A DNA stretch of 64,000 bases from an uncultured Poribacteria bacterium. GTDB taxonomy: Bacteria; Poribacteria; WGA-4E; WGA-3G. The stretch covers positions 1,184,001 through 1,248,000 of the forward strand of contig CATQHZ020000001.1 of the NCBI GenBank assembly GCA_958296135.2. Direction: 5' to 3'. The translations under genes and the position numbers were made by a program. Positions 48,304 to 59,031 of the stretch are shown piece after piece. A model generated the notes under the pieces. That model searched no databases. It saw nothing but the letters and a program-made list of their open reading frames with translations, and had not been told where the DNA came from. The number at the start of each line of letters is the position of its first letter. Position 1 is the stretch's first letter.

Positions 48304-49698
48304 ATGACATCCCGTTTTTTGCAGCAACTGCACCGCTTCATCTCCCAACACGCAATGATAGAGACAGGTGAGACGGTGCTAGTTGCAGTTTCAGGCGGTG
48401 CCGATTCACTCGCCCTGCTTTACGGGTTGCATGCCCTCCGGGCAAAGTTAGAGTGCCACCTCCATGTCGCGCACCTCAACCACAACCTCCGTCCCGATGC
48501 TGATGCCGATGCTGAATTTGTTCGACAACACGCGGCGCGTCTCGATGTGCCGTTTTCTCTAGCCCAGGTCGAATTGCCGGTTCTATCGGAGGCAGCAGGA
48601 CGCGCTGCGCGGTATCAATTTTATGAAGAAGTCGCCGCGCGCAGCGGGGCTACCAAAGTTGCCCTCGGGCACCATCGGGACGACATCGCCGAGACCGTTT
48701 TAATGCACCTCCTCCGCGGCAGCGGCACCACCGGACTAAAAGGCATCCTTCCTGTCAGAGAAGAGCGCTTCATCAGACCGTTGGCAGGGTTCACTCGTCA
48801 AGAAATCGAGGCGTTTCTTGCCTCCATGAACATTGAACCTCGGCACGATGCTACGAATACCGATACGCGCTACCTCCGCAACCGCATTCGCCACGAGTTG
48901 CTGCCGCTGTTGGAACGCGACTATAATCCGAACGTCAAAATCGGATTAAATCGAACGGCTGAGGTGCTCGGTGCCGAATCGGAATATCTTGACGCGATGG
49001 CGCGGGAAGCGTTTGAAAAGTGCCGCGTGCGGCAGCATGAGGATGAAGACTCGATGAGACTAGACAGGGCCCTGTTTCGCCGATATCCCTTGGCTTTGCA
49101 ACGACGGATGTTAAGATATTGTGTATTTGAAATGCAGGGGCACATAACCGATTTCTATTTTCAGCATTGCCAGGCTATTCTTGACGTGATTCAAGGGGAC
49201 GCGCCTAACGCCGTGTTGGCACTTCCCAACGGCTTGCAATTCCGGCGCGCTTATCAGTGCCTGATATTTGAGAGAGAACGGGTTGAGACAGGCAATTTCG
49301 CCTATCCGCTTGCTGTGCCCGGTAACACGAGTGTCCGTGCTTTAAACGCGGAAATTGCATCGCGTGTCGTTGGCGTGGATGCAGACGATGTCCCTCCGTT
49401 GCCCGATGGAAAGTTGGCTGCAGCGTTTGACTGGGACACCATTCGGTTGCCGTTGACGGTGCGCAATCGGCGGCCGGGGGATAGATTTCAACCCTACGGG
49501 ATGCAGGGAACGAAAAAACTGAAGGATTTTTTTATTGATGCGAAAGTGCCGCGATTTGAACGCGACAGGGTTCCGCTGCTCGTCAGCGGCGATGAACTGG
49601 TGTGGGTTATCGGCTACACCACAAGTGAGCAGACGCAACTGCATGCTCACACGCGGCGTTACCTCCTGGTCAGATTCGTTCAGAAATGCAAGACTTGA
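48304..49698 (+). CDS. tilS: tRNA(Ile)-lysidine synthetase
   Basis: VAVSGGADS, GHHRDD..ET, RPL, RNRIR, RRPGDRF. Confidence 0.96.
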   Translation: MTSRFLQQLHRFISQHAMIETGETVLVAVSGGADSLALLYGLHALRAKLECHLHVAHLNHNLRPDADADAEFVRQHAARLDVPFSLAQVELPVLSEAAGRAARYQFYEEVAARSGATKVALGHHRDDIAETVLMHLLRGSGTTGLKGILPVREERFIRPLAGFTRQEIEAFLASMNIEPRHDATNTDTRYLRNRIRHELLPLLERDYNPNVKIGLNRTAEVLGAESEYLDAMAREAFEKCRVRQHEDEDSMRLDRALFRRYPLALQRRMLRYCVFEMQGHITDFYFQHCQAILDVIQGDAPNAVLALPNGLQFRRAYQCLIFERERVETGNFAYPLAVPGNTSVRALNAEIASRVVGVDADDVPPLPDGKLAAAFDWDTIRLPLTVRNRRPGDRFQPYGMQGTKKLKDFFIDAKVPRFERDRVPLLVSGDELVWVIGYTTSEQTQLHAHTRRYLLVRFVQKCKT

Positions 49699-49780
49699 CA
49701 CTGTCAAGTCGGCCTGGTGAGTGAAGCGTTGCCCCAATAACGTTGCACACCGCTTGGCGAACCACAAAAAACGTAAAAAT

Positions 49781-50305
49781 ATGCTTGAACCGCAATCTAT
49801 CTTGATTTCTGAGTCTGATATTCAGCAGCGCGTTCGCGAGCTCGGCGCGCAGATATCCGACGATTACGCAGACCGGGAGCTCGTCCTACTCGGGGTGCTG
49901 AGAGGCGCGGTGCTGTTTTACGCCGATCTGGCGCGCGCCATCTCCTTGCCGCTCCGCTTTGAATTCCTCCAACTCGCAAGTTACTACGATGATACCAAGC
50001 CGTCGCAGGTGCAGCTCATCCGCGGCGGCAGCGATTACCTTGCAGGCAGGCATGTCCTGATTGTTGAGGATATCGTTGACACCGGGCATACGTTGAAATT
50101 TCTCATCGGACACCTGCATCTCCTCAACCCGAAGACGGTAAAGGTTTGCACGCTTCTGGATAAACCTTCGCGGCGCGAGACCGCGGTTAGCGTTGATTAT
50201 TGCGGTTTTGAGGTGCCAGACGCTTTCGTTGTCGGATACGGGTTAGATTACGCGCAAAAGTATCGGAATTTGCCGTATATTGCTGTCGTGGAACCGGAAC
50301 ATTAA
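49781..50305 (+). CDS. hpt: Hypoxanthine phosphoribosyltransferase
   Basis: VLIVEDIVDTGHT, LLDKP, FVVGYGLDY; conserved tilS-hpt order. Confidence 0.96.
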   Translation: MLEPQSILISESDIQQRVRELGAQISDDYADRELVLLGVLRGAVLFYADLARAISLPLRFEFLQLASYYDDTKPSQVQLIRGGSDYLAGRHVLIVEDIVDTGHTLKFLIGHLHLLNPKTVKVCTLLDKPSRRETAVSVDYCGFEVPDAFVVGYGLDYAQKYRNLPYIAVVEPEH

Positions 50306-50378
50306 AATTTGTCCTTGATAATTTCTCATCTCTGTGGTAAAATCCTCGAAAAATACATTTCAAGTTTAAAGGAGTTTC

Positions 50379-51152
50379 TTGATGCGTCAATTTGTTTGTT
50401 TTTCACTGAGCGTTGTGTTGATGATGGGTTTCGTGCTTGTCACGCATGCGCAATTGTCTGAGAAAGCGCAGCTCGGCCGCGAGTTGTTCAATGATCCAAC
50501 TTTTAAGGGCACCCTCGATGTGAAGAAGGCGACGGGGCTTTCTTGTGCCAGTTGCCATGCCGATTTTGACGATGCGGCGGAGCCTGATGGAGTCATCCGT
50601 GCCGCCCACAGCGTCGTCGGCGTGCCGCACCGCGGTGAAGCGAAAGGCGGTATGATTAAAGGTGCCGATTTCGCGCGCGCTGCAGGCGGCGGTGGGTTCT
50701 GCTATGAGCACTTCTTACAACGCGTGCCTGGCGACAAAGTCAATCCTACCGCGATTCCGGCGGAGCACGCCGAGGCACTGATGGCCTATTTTGAAGCCAT
50801 TTCTGGCGACAACAAGGGCCCTCAGTTCACGATGGCGATGCTGGACAACGATGCCAAAAAGGCGGCAGGCGAGAAAATCGTCGCGATGGAGGGGAATCCC
50901 ACGAAAGGGTGGGAACTCTTCGGGCGTGCGTGCGTTACCTGCCATCCGGCGGCTAGCAAGGCTGGGATTGGCCCGCAGCTTGTCCGTTCCAGGGCCCCTC
51001 GCGATATCGATAAAACGATGACCCGGTGGGCATCGAAGATTCGCGGCGGCGGCTCGCTGATGCCGTTCTACGCCACCGATATTCTGTCCGACCAGGAAAT
51101 CGCCGACATTATCGCGTTCCTGCGTGAGCAGATAGAAAGCAATAAGAAATAA
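50379..51152 (+). CDS. Secreted di-heme c-type cytochrome
   Basis: Signal peptide, CASCH and CVTCH. Confidence 0.88.
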   Translation: MMRQFVCFSLSVVLMMGFVLVTHAQLSEKAQLGRELFNDPTFKGTLDVKKATGLSCASCHADFDDAAEPDGVIRAAHSVVGVPHRGEAKGGMIKGADFARAAGGGGFCYEHFLQRVPGDKVNPTAIPAEHAEALMAYFEAISGDNKGPQFTMAMLDNDAKKAAGEKIVAMEGNPTKGWELFGRACVTCHPAASKAGIGPQLVRSRAPRDIDKTMTRWASKIRGGGSLMPFYATDILSDQEIADIIAFLREQIESNKK

Positions 51153-51344
51153 CTATCCGCGGGGGCTGAGATAACCTATCCTGGCCCCCATTATTCCTAA
51201 GATGCTCTCATCCGCTTTTTGTAACTATCTTTCTGCCTATTCGTTTCTATAATCAGGTTTTCCTTTTAAAAGGGGGGAGCTTGTTCTGCATGTAGAAAGT
51301 TGTAGCAAAATCACTCATTCCGATAAAGCACCGTTAGGTGCTTA

Positions 51345-51899
51345 ATGTCTAGAGGAGAAATCATGAGAGCATCTCAATTCCTGACATTATTTTTAAACGT
51401 TCTCCTAGTCGGTTTCGTCTTAAGTCTTACGAGCTGCGGCGGTAGCAACCTAAACAACCCCGTTGCTGAATCCGATACGCCGGCTGTGACTACCGAAGCC
51501 ACCGAAGTTGATGACGTTGTTGAATTAGCAGTCGCCGAGGATGCGGAGAGCGCGGCGCAAGGGGCCGGACTCAACGTCAAGGTCACCGTGACGAAAAAGA
51601 CGGTGGAACCGGGCGAAGATGTCGAGTTGACGGCTTCAGTCAAAGGGGTTAAAGGTACCAGTGTCACGCTGAACTGGCTAAACGTGACCGGATACGGCAC
51701 GCTATCCGCCACAGGTGAAAATCCAGTCACTTGGACTGCTCCGGCTACGTTAGACGGGGCGAACGTTCAGGTTGAAGTTATTCAACTGGTTGTGACTGTG
51801 ATTACTGAGGTGGTTTCAGTCGGTGCCTCTGGAATTGATACCGATACCCAGATTTTGTCAGAGACGAAAACCATATTGTTGAGCGTTAAAGACGACTAG
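51345..51899 (+). CDS. Hypothetical lipoprotein (Ig-like)
   Basis: Lipobox LTSC, beta-rich body. Confidence 0.75.
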   Translation: MSRGEIMRASQFLTLFLNVLLVGFVLSLTSCGGSNLNNPVAESDTPAVTTEATEVDDVVELAVAEDAESAAQGAGLNVKVTVTKKTVEPGEDVELTASVKGVKGTSVTLNWLNVTGYGTLSATGENPVTWTAPATLDGANVQVEVIQLVVTVITEVVSVGASGIDTDTQILSETKTILLSVKDD

Positions 51900-52023
51900 C
51901 CGGTCGGGTGCTTTCATCGATGCACTGCGATGTGGCAATAGGCAAAGCCCCGTATGTTTATAGGGCTTGCCGCACGATGTTCTTAACGGTTCAGCACTGC
52001 ACTCAAAATTAGGGTATCATCAG

Positions 52024-52800
52024 ATGAAAAAAAAGGTTCCTATCTTTATCGTTGTTTTGCTGTTAGTTTCGGCATCTCGCGCGGCGTTAGGTGTCGGCTT
52101 CCAGCATGAAGTGAGTAAAGGAGAGACGTTGTCCGAGATTGCGGATAAGTATGGTGTGCCGCTGAAGTCTATTGTCCAAGCCAATGGGATTCTGGATGCT
52201 AACCGCTTACGCATTGGGACGATGTTGCGCATTCCGGGGAAGGCCCTCGGCGGCGTTTGGTATGAGGTTCAGCCGGGGGATACGTTGTCTGGCATTGCCC
52301 ACAGGCATGGCCTGGGGTGGAAGGTGCTTCAGTTAACGAACGACATTGCCTCGCCTCGGCACCTCCGGGTGGGCGCGAAGATTTTTATTCCGAACGGGAG
52401 CGAGTCTGCTTTCAGGTGCCCGTTGCGGGTACCGATAGATGTCACGTCGAAGTATGGGCATCGCTACCATCCGATTACGGGCCGTTACCGTTTACACGAA
52501 GGCATAGACTTCCGTGCGTCCGTGGGGACGCGGGTTTACGCCGCCCAATCCGGGAAGGTTATCTATGCCGGGCGGAGAGGCGGCTACGGGAAAGTCGTCG
52601 GCATCCAGCACGCCGGCGATTGGACTACATGGTATGGACACTTGTCAAGAATCAGAGTCTCAGTCGGGGGAAAAGTGGACCAGGGGCAGGTTATCGGCCT
52701 CTCTGGGAATACGGGGATGTCAACGGGCCCTCACCTGCATTTTGAAATTCGCTACAAAGGTAAAAGCGAGAACCCCGTTCGCTACCTCACCCTCCGATAA
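52024..52800 (+). CDS. LysM-containing M23 peptidase
   Basis: Two LysM repeats, HEGID, YGHL, STGPHLHFE. Confidence 0.93.
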   Translation: MKKKVPIFIVVLLLVSASRAALGVGFQHEVSKGETLSEIADKYGVPLKSIVQANGILDANRLRIGTMLRIPGKALGGVWYEVQPGDTLSGIAHRHGLGWKVLQLTNDIASPRHLRVGAKIFIPNGSESAFRCPLRVPIDVTSKYGHRYHPITGRYRLHEGIDFRASVGTRVYAAQSGKVIYAGRRGGYGKVVGIQHAGDWTTWYGHLSRIRVSVGGKVDQGQVIGLSGNTGMSTGPHLHFEIRYKGKSENPVRYLTLR

Positions 52801-54331
52801 CATAGAGAATCCAAAACGTAGCGCGAGGGCCTGTCCCTCGCAAGCGTCATGGCTGCTTGTCGTTATCTTCCTTCTCTTCGTCATCTTGGTAGGCGCGCTG
52901 TCTGAAAAGAGTCGCTCATCGGAGGTACTCAACCTGAGGCCCGAAGTTGGCACACGGGGCCTCGGGTTGAGCGGCGCGTTTATCAGCAGTTCCGATGATG
53001 CAACCGGCGCGCTCTGGAATCCCGCCGGACTTGCCACCCTGCAAACCGGAGATTTCATCTATGATATCTCCCAAGGCGCGTTCTCCCTCGCTTATCCCAT
53101 TAAACCGCTTGGCACGTTCGGCGTGAATCTGTTGGATTTCCATGTCGGTGGTGCCGACCGGTTTTTGGTAAGGCATCCGAACAATCCCATTGGTACGTTT
53201 GAATATGGGAGCAATCAGGCGATGCTCTCTTACGCGCGCGCGTTCGGCGTGCTGCAGTTGGGCGCGAATTTCGGCTATAACCGCGCGCCCTATATCGGCA
53301 GCCAATGGGCCCCCAGTTACGACGTAGGCGCGCTCGTTAATCTCAATCGCCATATCACTTTAGGGATGCGGGTTCGCGATATTTCCGGTGTCGTCATTTA
53401 TGGGCAAAACGGGCAGGTATTGCAAACGTTCGACCCGCAGTTCGCCTTCGGCGCAACGGTGCGCCTGCATCCCTCTATCCAGTGGCATAACCGTATCGAT
53501 GCTACCTCTCGCAGTTTCGGGACGGGCCTGGAATTCTCTGCCAGGGACATCTCGGCGCGGATGGGAGTTGCCTCTGCCTTTGACGATTTAAACGGACTGC
53601 GCTACTCGTCAGACCTGCCCCTAGTTTGGAGTTTAGGGCTCTCTTACTATCCTTTCGGAAAGCAGCTCCACTATACTTACCTCAACCGCGGCGATGTGGA
53701 ACATAAACACCTGCTCTCAGTTGGGTTTACCTTCGGAGAAAGCGCGGCGAAGGACAGCCCATCGTCGCGCCCTCAGCACTCCGCGAAGCGCCTTTCGTCG
53801 GGCACGCAAAGCACTGCACAAGCCCCCCGGTCGCCTGGAAAAGGGAACAGCCGCGCCACGTCTTCAAGGGACGTGGGGGAGCTTGCGAAACAGCACGGGA
53901 TTGAGTTGGAGCTGCTGCTCGCGCTGATTCATGTGGAATCGACTTTTAATCCGCTGGCAGTTTCACCGAGTGGTGCCGGCGGTTTGATGCAGATGATGCC
54001 GGATACCGCACGCGGACTTGGGCTCAAAGTGCCGCAGTATCAAAATAAGCGCAATCCGACGCGGGATGGAAAAGTCGATGAACGCTTCGATGCGCGGAAA
54101 AATATCCATGCAGGGTTAAGTTACTTTAGGACGCTGTTAGACAAATACGGTGGGAATCGTCAGTTGGCACTCGGTGCCTACAACGTCGGCCCGGGCAGAG
54201 TGAAGAAAGGCGGGCCGCTTCCAGCCGGAGGCAAGAAATACGCGGAGAAGGTACTGAATCAATACAAACTCTACCGCGGCGATAAATCTCTTAAGGAGAC
54301 TGCCCTCAGGAAGTTGGAAGCAACACTGTAA
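52742..54331 (+). CDS. PorV/FadL-like beta-barrel fused to a lytic transglycosylase (SLT); start uncertain
   Basis: GTRGLGLSGAF...DDATGALWNPAGL; IHVES.FNP, GLMQ, AYN. Confidence 0.8.
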   Translation: MKFATKVKARTPFATSPSDNIENPKRSARACPSQASWLLVVIFLLFVILVGALSEKSRSSEVLNLRPEVGTRGLGLSGAFISSSDDATGALWNPAGLATLQTGDFIYDISQGAFSLAYPIKPLGTFGVNLLDFHVGGADRFLVRHPNNPIGTFEYGSNQAMLSYARAFGVLQLGANFGYNRAPYIGSQWAPSYDVGALVNLNRHITLGMRVRDISGVVIYGQNGQVLQTFDPQFAFGATVRLHPSIQWHNRIDATSRSFGTGLEFSARDISARMGVASAFDDLNGLRYSSDLPLVWSLGLSYYPFGKQLHYTYLNRGDVEHKHLLSVGFTFGESAAKDSPSSRPQHSAKRLSSGTQSTAQAPRSPGKGNSRATSSRDVGELAKQHGIELELLLALIHVESTFNPLAVSPSGAGGLMQMMPDTARGLGLKVPQYQNKRNPTRDGKVDERFDARKNIHAGLSYFRTLLDKYGGNRQLALGAYNVGPGRVKKGGPLPAGGKKYAEKVLNQYKLYRGDKSLKETALRKLEATL

Positions 54332-54389
54332 AACCGAAAACGTAGTCATTGACAACGTCAATGACGGATATACGGAGAGAGGGTCTCTC

Positions 54390-55685
54390 ATGAGAAACAA
54401 CCGTTATCGAACGCATCGCGAAATACAAAAAATTCGTTTGGCAATTGTGGGATGTGGCGGGATGGGACACCGGCACATGTATGGGCTGGCAGAACTCCAT
54501 CGCGCTGGGTGGGAAAAGTTCGCACTCGTTGGTGCGTGCGATCCGGTCCAAGCGAATGCCGAGTCACTCGCCGCACAAGCAGAAGAACGCTTTGGCACAA
54601 AGCCTGCTGTCGTCGGCAGCCTTGAAGAGCTCGCCGCGGTAGGCGTTGACGCTGTGGACGTTACCACTACGCCGCCGTATCATCACACCGTCGCCGTTGA
54701 GACACTGGAGCGCGGCTGGCATACGATGGTTGAGAAACCGATGGGGCTTACGGTGCGTGCGTGTAACCTCATCTGTCGGGCAGCGGATGCCTCCGATGCG
54801 GTGTTAAGCGTCGCCGAGAATTACCGCCGCGACCCGGTGAATCGGCTAGCAAAGGCACTGCTTGACGCAGAAGTTATCGGTAAACCGCGCTTTCTCATCC
54901 ACCACGCGATTGGCGGTTCAAACCGCATGCTCATCTCTGTCTGGCGGCATCAGAAGGACCAGAGTGGCGTGTTGTTGGATGTCGGCGTTCACTATTCCGA
55001 TATGATCGAGTATTTGCTCGGCGAGGTAGACACCGTCTACGCGCAGACCCGGTTGCACGAACCGATTCGGCATAATCCTGCCGCGGGGAGTGGAGAATCC
55101 GGTTCCAATCCGGCGGGTGTCTACACGAAATGGCAGCAGAAAATGCCCGCTGAATTTGAAGCCACCGCTGAAGATGCGGCTTACGCCACGCTGACATTCA
55201 AAAACGGTGTTGTGGGGCAATATATTGAAGACCACGGTGCGTGGGGACAGGGCAGCTGGCTCCGTCAAATTCACGGTTCAAAAGGCTCGATGACTTTGCC
55301 CGGTGACAGAAGTGGCAGACTTATCTCCCTGAATATTGCTGGGCAAGAGACAATTAACGATGAGCGGCTTCTGTCACTCGTCCCGGATTTTTGTCTCGAT
55401 GCCGTGACGACAGATCTCTTCGGCGGCGACCGGCTCTGGCGGTATGAATTTCCGTTTGCGCAAACCGATGCGAAAATCATCGCGATTGAATACGGCGACT
55501 TCGCCGAAGCCATCGCCGGTAACCGCACTGTTGAGGTGGATGCGTATCAAGGCGCGCGCTCGGTTGCTGTCTCCTATGCGATGCTTGAATCCTGCGCGAC
55601 CGGAAGCATCGTCAGTTTGGATGCGATGTTGGATGAATCTGTCGACACCTACCAACGCGAGATTGATGAGGGGTTGGGGATTTGA
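54390..55685 (+). CDS. Gfo/Idh/MocA oxidoreductase
   Basis: AIVGCGGMG, VEKP, DVGVHYSD. Confidence 0.9.
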   Translation: MRNNRYRTHREIQKIRLAIVGCGGMGHRHMYGLAELHRAGWEKFALVGACDPVQANAESLAAQAEERFGTKPAVVGSLEELAAVGVDAVDVTTTPPYHHTVAVETLERGWHTMVEKPMGLTVRACNLICRAADASDAVLSVAENYRRDPVNRLAKALLDAEVIGKPRFLIHHAIGGSNRMLISVWRHQKDQSGVLLDVGVHYSDMIEYLLGEVDTVYAQTRLHEPIRHNPAAGSGESGSNPAGVYTKWQQKMPAEFEATAEDAAYATLTFKNGVVGQYIEDHGAWGQGSWLRQIHGSKGSMTLPGDRSGRLISLNIAGQETINDERLLSLVPDFCLDAVTTDLFGGDRLWRYEFPFAQTDAKIIAIEYGDFAEAIAGNRTVEVDAYQGARSVAVSYAMLESCATGSIVSLDAMLDESVDTYQREIDEGLGI

Positions 55686-55761
55686 GATTCCGTGACAGCA
55701 TCGCGGTGCGTTGGGGAGTCGCGGCGAAAACGGCCCCGTTGAACTACGAGGAGCAACCATT

Positions 55762-56826
55762 TTGACAAATCGACACGAACTCGGCATCGGTTTAATCGGG
55801 CTCGGCATTGGGCAACAGCACCTGCTCGGCTATCAACGGCAAGGGTTAAACGTCGCCGCTATCTGCGATAAAGAGGCGGCTCGCCTCAATGAAGTCGGGG
55901 ATAACTTCCAGATTGAGAAGCGGTATACCCGCATCGCCGAGTTGATTGCGGATGCGAACGTGCATGTCGTTGATATCGCGGTGCAGCCGTGGCTCCGCCT
56001 CCCTATCGTCAAAGCCGCAGCGGAAGCTGGCAAGCACATTCTCTGCCAGAAACCGTTCGCCATGTCCATGCGCCAAGCCGTTGAGATGGTGGAGCTCTGT
56101 GAGCAACACAACGTGCGGCTCATGGTGAACCAAAATTCCTGCTTTGTTCCCGGCTTCCTCGCCATTGAACCGTATATCAATGCCGAGCATCTCGGCGAGA
56201 TTTACCACGTTTCTATCACCTGCAACGGGTTCTACACCACTTTCCCGGAACAGCATCTTATCCCGGCGATGCAGGTGCATCACATCGGGCTCGTCTATAA
56301 GTGGTTCGGTGCATACGAGAGTGTTTACTGCCAAGCGCACGGACACGACAGCACGATTGACGAAGGCGAGGCACTCTCTGTCGCGCTCTTTACGAGCCGG
56401 AACGGCACACAGGGACTGCTCTCTTGCAATTGGGCATTTCTGGCGAATCCGGGCCGGAATCTCCAACATCCGCACGAGGAAATCCGCATTCAAGGCACGA
56501 AAGGTGCAATTTACGGTAACAGCGAGGATATGTGCGTTCACCTAACCGAACCTGAAACACAAGAGATTCGTCCGACAATAGAAGGCACATGGTTTCCCGA
56601 TGCGTTTGGCAATGCGATGGGACATTTCTTGGATTGCTTACTCGCGGGACAGAAACCGATGACGGACGGCCGCGGCAATCTGCATGTCGTCCAAACGGTG
56701 TTTGCGATGCATCAGTCTGCTAAATCGGGTGAGGTTGTCAAGATTGACGATATTTCGCTTGATGGGGATTACGATTTGAGTCCGCATCCGGTGCATGATG
56801 CGGATGATGTGAGTGTTTTGCATTAA
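55762..56826 (+). CDS. Gfo/Idh/MocA oxidoreductase
   Basis: GLIGLG, GKHILCQKP; RBS GAGGAG before TTG 55762. Confidence 0.9.
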   Translation: MTNRHELGIGLIGLGIGQQHLLGYQRQGLNVAAICDKEAARLNEVGDNFQIEKRYTRIAELIADANVHVVDIAVQPWLRLPIVKAAAEAGKHILCQKPFAMSMRQAVEMVELCEQHNVRLMVNQNSCFVPGFLAIEPYINAEHLGEIYHVSITCNGFYTTFPEQHLIPAMQVHHIGLVYKWFGAYESVYCQAHGHDSTIDEGEALSVALFTSRNGTQGLLSCNWAFLANPGRNLQHPHEEIRIQGTKGAIYGNSEDMCVHLTEPETQEIRPTIEGTWFPDAFGNAMGHFLDCLLAGQKPMTDGRGNLHVVQTVFAMHQSAKSGEVVKIDDISLDGDYDLSPHPVHDADDVSVLH

Positions 56827-56844
56827 CTGATAAATAGATCTATC

Positions 56845-57010
56845 AAGACCGGGAGGTTTCTCCTATCGGGGGGGGCCGCCCCCTATCGGGACCGGGAGGT
56901 CCCTCCTACCAGACCGCGAGGGCTCTCCTACCGGGACTATCGGGACCGGGAGGTCCCTCCTACCAGAATGGGAGGTCTCTCCTACCGGGCGGGAGGTTTC
57001 TCCTACCGTT
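56845..57010. repeat. REP family B cluster (related clusters at 57790-57930 and 59283-59372)
   Basis: Repeated 'gaccgggaggtccctcctacc' units. Confidence 0.85.
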
Positions 57011-57247
57011 TCCGTGCAGAGATGTCCACTGTCCCTCGCCGTGCCGTTAGCAAGGAGTGTTGCCTTGAAGAAGCCAAACGAATGCATCTATGCGGAGGCA
57101 ACGGCGCGGCCGTCGCACAGTAATTCTTCACGCCGGCCTCGGGTGGGGCAGCACCGTTTTTCTATAGTTATGGACCTAAATAAGTTTTCTTGCCTTCACA
57201 GTCTGCGATGCGGGGAACAGTGCTCATCCTGATGCCAAGTCTGTAGG

Positions 57248-57343
57248 TGGAAAGGACAGACACACGGTTCTGAAATCGCCATTGTTGTAACGAAGTTCGG
57301 ATTAACAGGAAAATTAATTATCATCACCGTTTATGTGGAATAA
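57248..57343 (+). pseudogene. 3' remnant of a DUF4258-like toxin gene
   Basis: ...IAIVVTKFGLTGKLIIITVYVE* directly upstream of a YgiT-type gene; no start codon. Confidence 0.6.
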
Positions 57344-57362
57344 AGCAACAAGGAGTCACCCC

Positions 57363-57611
57363 ATGGTCTGCGATATGTGTGGGAAAGACGGCATCCGCCA
57401 ACGTTATGTTTCACGCAGTTACGGCAAAGGCGAGGCACTTTTTGTCATTGAAGATGTGCCTATGCTGAGCTGCACCCAGTGTGGTGAGAGTTATCTCACC
57501 GCGCAGACGCTGCATGAAATTGAACGGCTGAAACGCCTTCACCAAAGTGCAGCGACGAAACGCCCGGTAACCGTCGCTGTTTTTGCGGTAGAAGGGCCCC
57601 TTAGTCCGTAG
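57363..57611 (+). CDS. YgiT/MqsA-type zinc-finger antitoxin
   Basis: CDMC...IEDVP..CTQCGESY; RBS AGGAG. Confidence 0.88.
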   Translation: MVCDMCGKDGIRQRYVSRSYGKGEALFVIEDVPMLSCTQCGESYLTAQTLHEIERLKRLHQSAATKRPVTVAVFAVEGPLSP

Positions 57612-57965
57612 GGCGGGGGCCCGGCGATCGCTAATCGCCGAGGGTTTCCTCCGCCATGCTGGGTCTATCGAGGGGCCGCGGGCGACAGGCCTTCGCGCGA
57701 CGGTGAAAGGATTTTTTTTCTTGACAAAAACGCGGAAAGCTGAATGGTGCGGATGATGTGAGTGTTTTGCATTAACTAAATAAATAGATGTAGGAGGGAC
57801 CTCCTGGTCCCGATAGTGTTCGCATTGAGACGCGGGAGGGCTCTCCTACCGGGCGGGAGTTTCTCCTATTGAGACGCGGGAGGTTTCTCCTACCGGGACT
57901 ATCGGGACCGGGAGGTCCCTCCTACCGGGTGGGGTTTCTCCGCCCGTTTCCGTTGAGGTTAGCGT

Positions 57966-58733
57966 ATGACGAGTAGACCTGAGGCATTTTTGATCGACCT
58001 GGATGGAACGCTCTATTTTAAAAATGAGCCTTACCCTGGCGCGATTGAAGTTGTTAACTATCTGCGTAGGGCAAATTATCAACTTCGCTTTTTGACAAAC
58101 ACAACCGCTAAGACTCCAAAGATGCTCCACGAACAGATGCAGGAGATGGGTTTTGACGTAGCGAGAAATGAAATTTTTAACGCAACCTACGCGTGCCTGC
58201 TCTACTTACGTTCACAGCCTCAGATATCTTGCCATTTTATGGTGGATGCTGCAGTAAAGGCATTTTTCAGTGAAATACCGATGGATGCCGCTTCTCCTGA
58301 TTTCGTTGTCGTAGGAGACTACGGCACGCAATTTGACTATGCTTCTCTCAATCATGCGTTTCGCCTGTTGATGGATGGTGCTGAGCTCATCGCGCTCCAA
58401 AGAGCCCCCTATTGGTTTTCTCCGGATGGCATGCGTTTGGATTGCGGCGCGTTTGTCGCGCTATTGGAGTATGCCACTGGAAAAACCGCCAAAATCATGG
58501 GCAAGCCGAGTGAACTGTTTTTCAGAACCGCGCTGGCTGATTTGCGGCTTTCTGCCAGTGAAGTCGTTGTGGTTGGAGATGACATCACCACTGACATCTT
58601 CGGCGCGCAGAATATGGAGATGCGGAGTGTGTTAGTGAAGACAGGCAAGTTCAGACCTGAGCAGTTGGAAATCCCGGTTGCGAAACCGACGTGGGTCGCG
58701 GCGAGTGTTCCCGAGTTAGCGGCATTGTTTTAG
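57966..58733 (+). CDS. HAD-superfamily IIA hydrolase
   Basis: DLDGTL, LTNTT, GKP, VGDD...DI. Confidence 0.92.
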   Translation: MTSRPEAFLIDLDGTLYFKNEPYPGAIEVVNYLRRANYQLRFLTNTTAKTPKMLHEQMQEMGFDVARNEIFNATYACLLYLRSQPQISCHFMVDAAVKAFFSEIPMDAASPDFVVVGDYGTQFDYASLNHAFRLLMDGAELIALQRAPYWFSPDGMRLDCGAFVALLEYATGKTAKIMGKPSELFFRTALADLRLSASEVVVVGDDITTDIFGAQNMEMRSVLVKTGKFRPEQLEIPVAKPTWVAASVPELAALF

Positions 58734-59031
58734 GACCCGTCAATTAACCGTAGGGCGAGGGCCTGTCCCTCGCCATCCCTAGCTCTGAAGTATACATTTG
58801 TTGGTAAGCGCGGTTTGAAACCGCGCGCCAGACAGCAAGCACGCTTCCAAAGTGCCCTTATCTGCAGAAAATGGAATTTGCTAAGTCCTGACTGATTTTG
58901 AGACCGGCTCTCGCGAAAAAACGGTTGCACAAAATGCGGTACGTGAACCTACCGAGGCGCATGACTTTGCACCCTGTCGTAACTTGGTTTCGTCACGACT
59001 GACGCGTTGTTATCAAGCGCGTCAAAACGCT

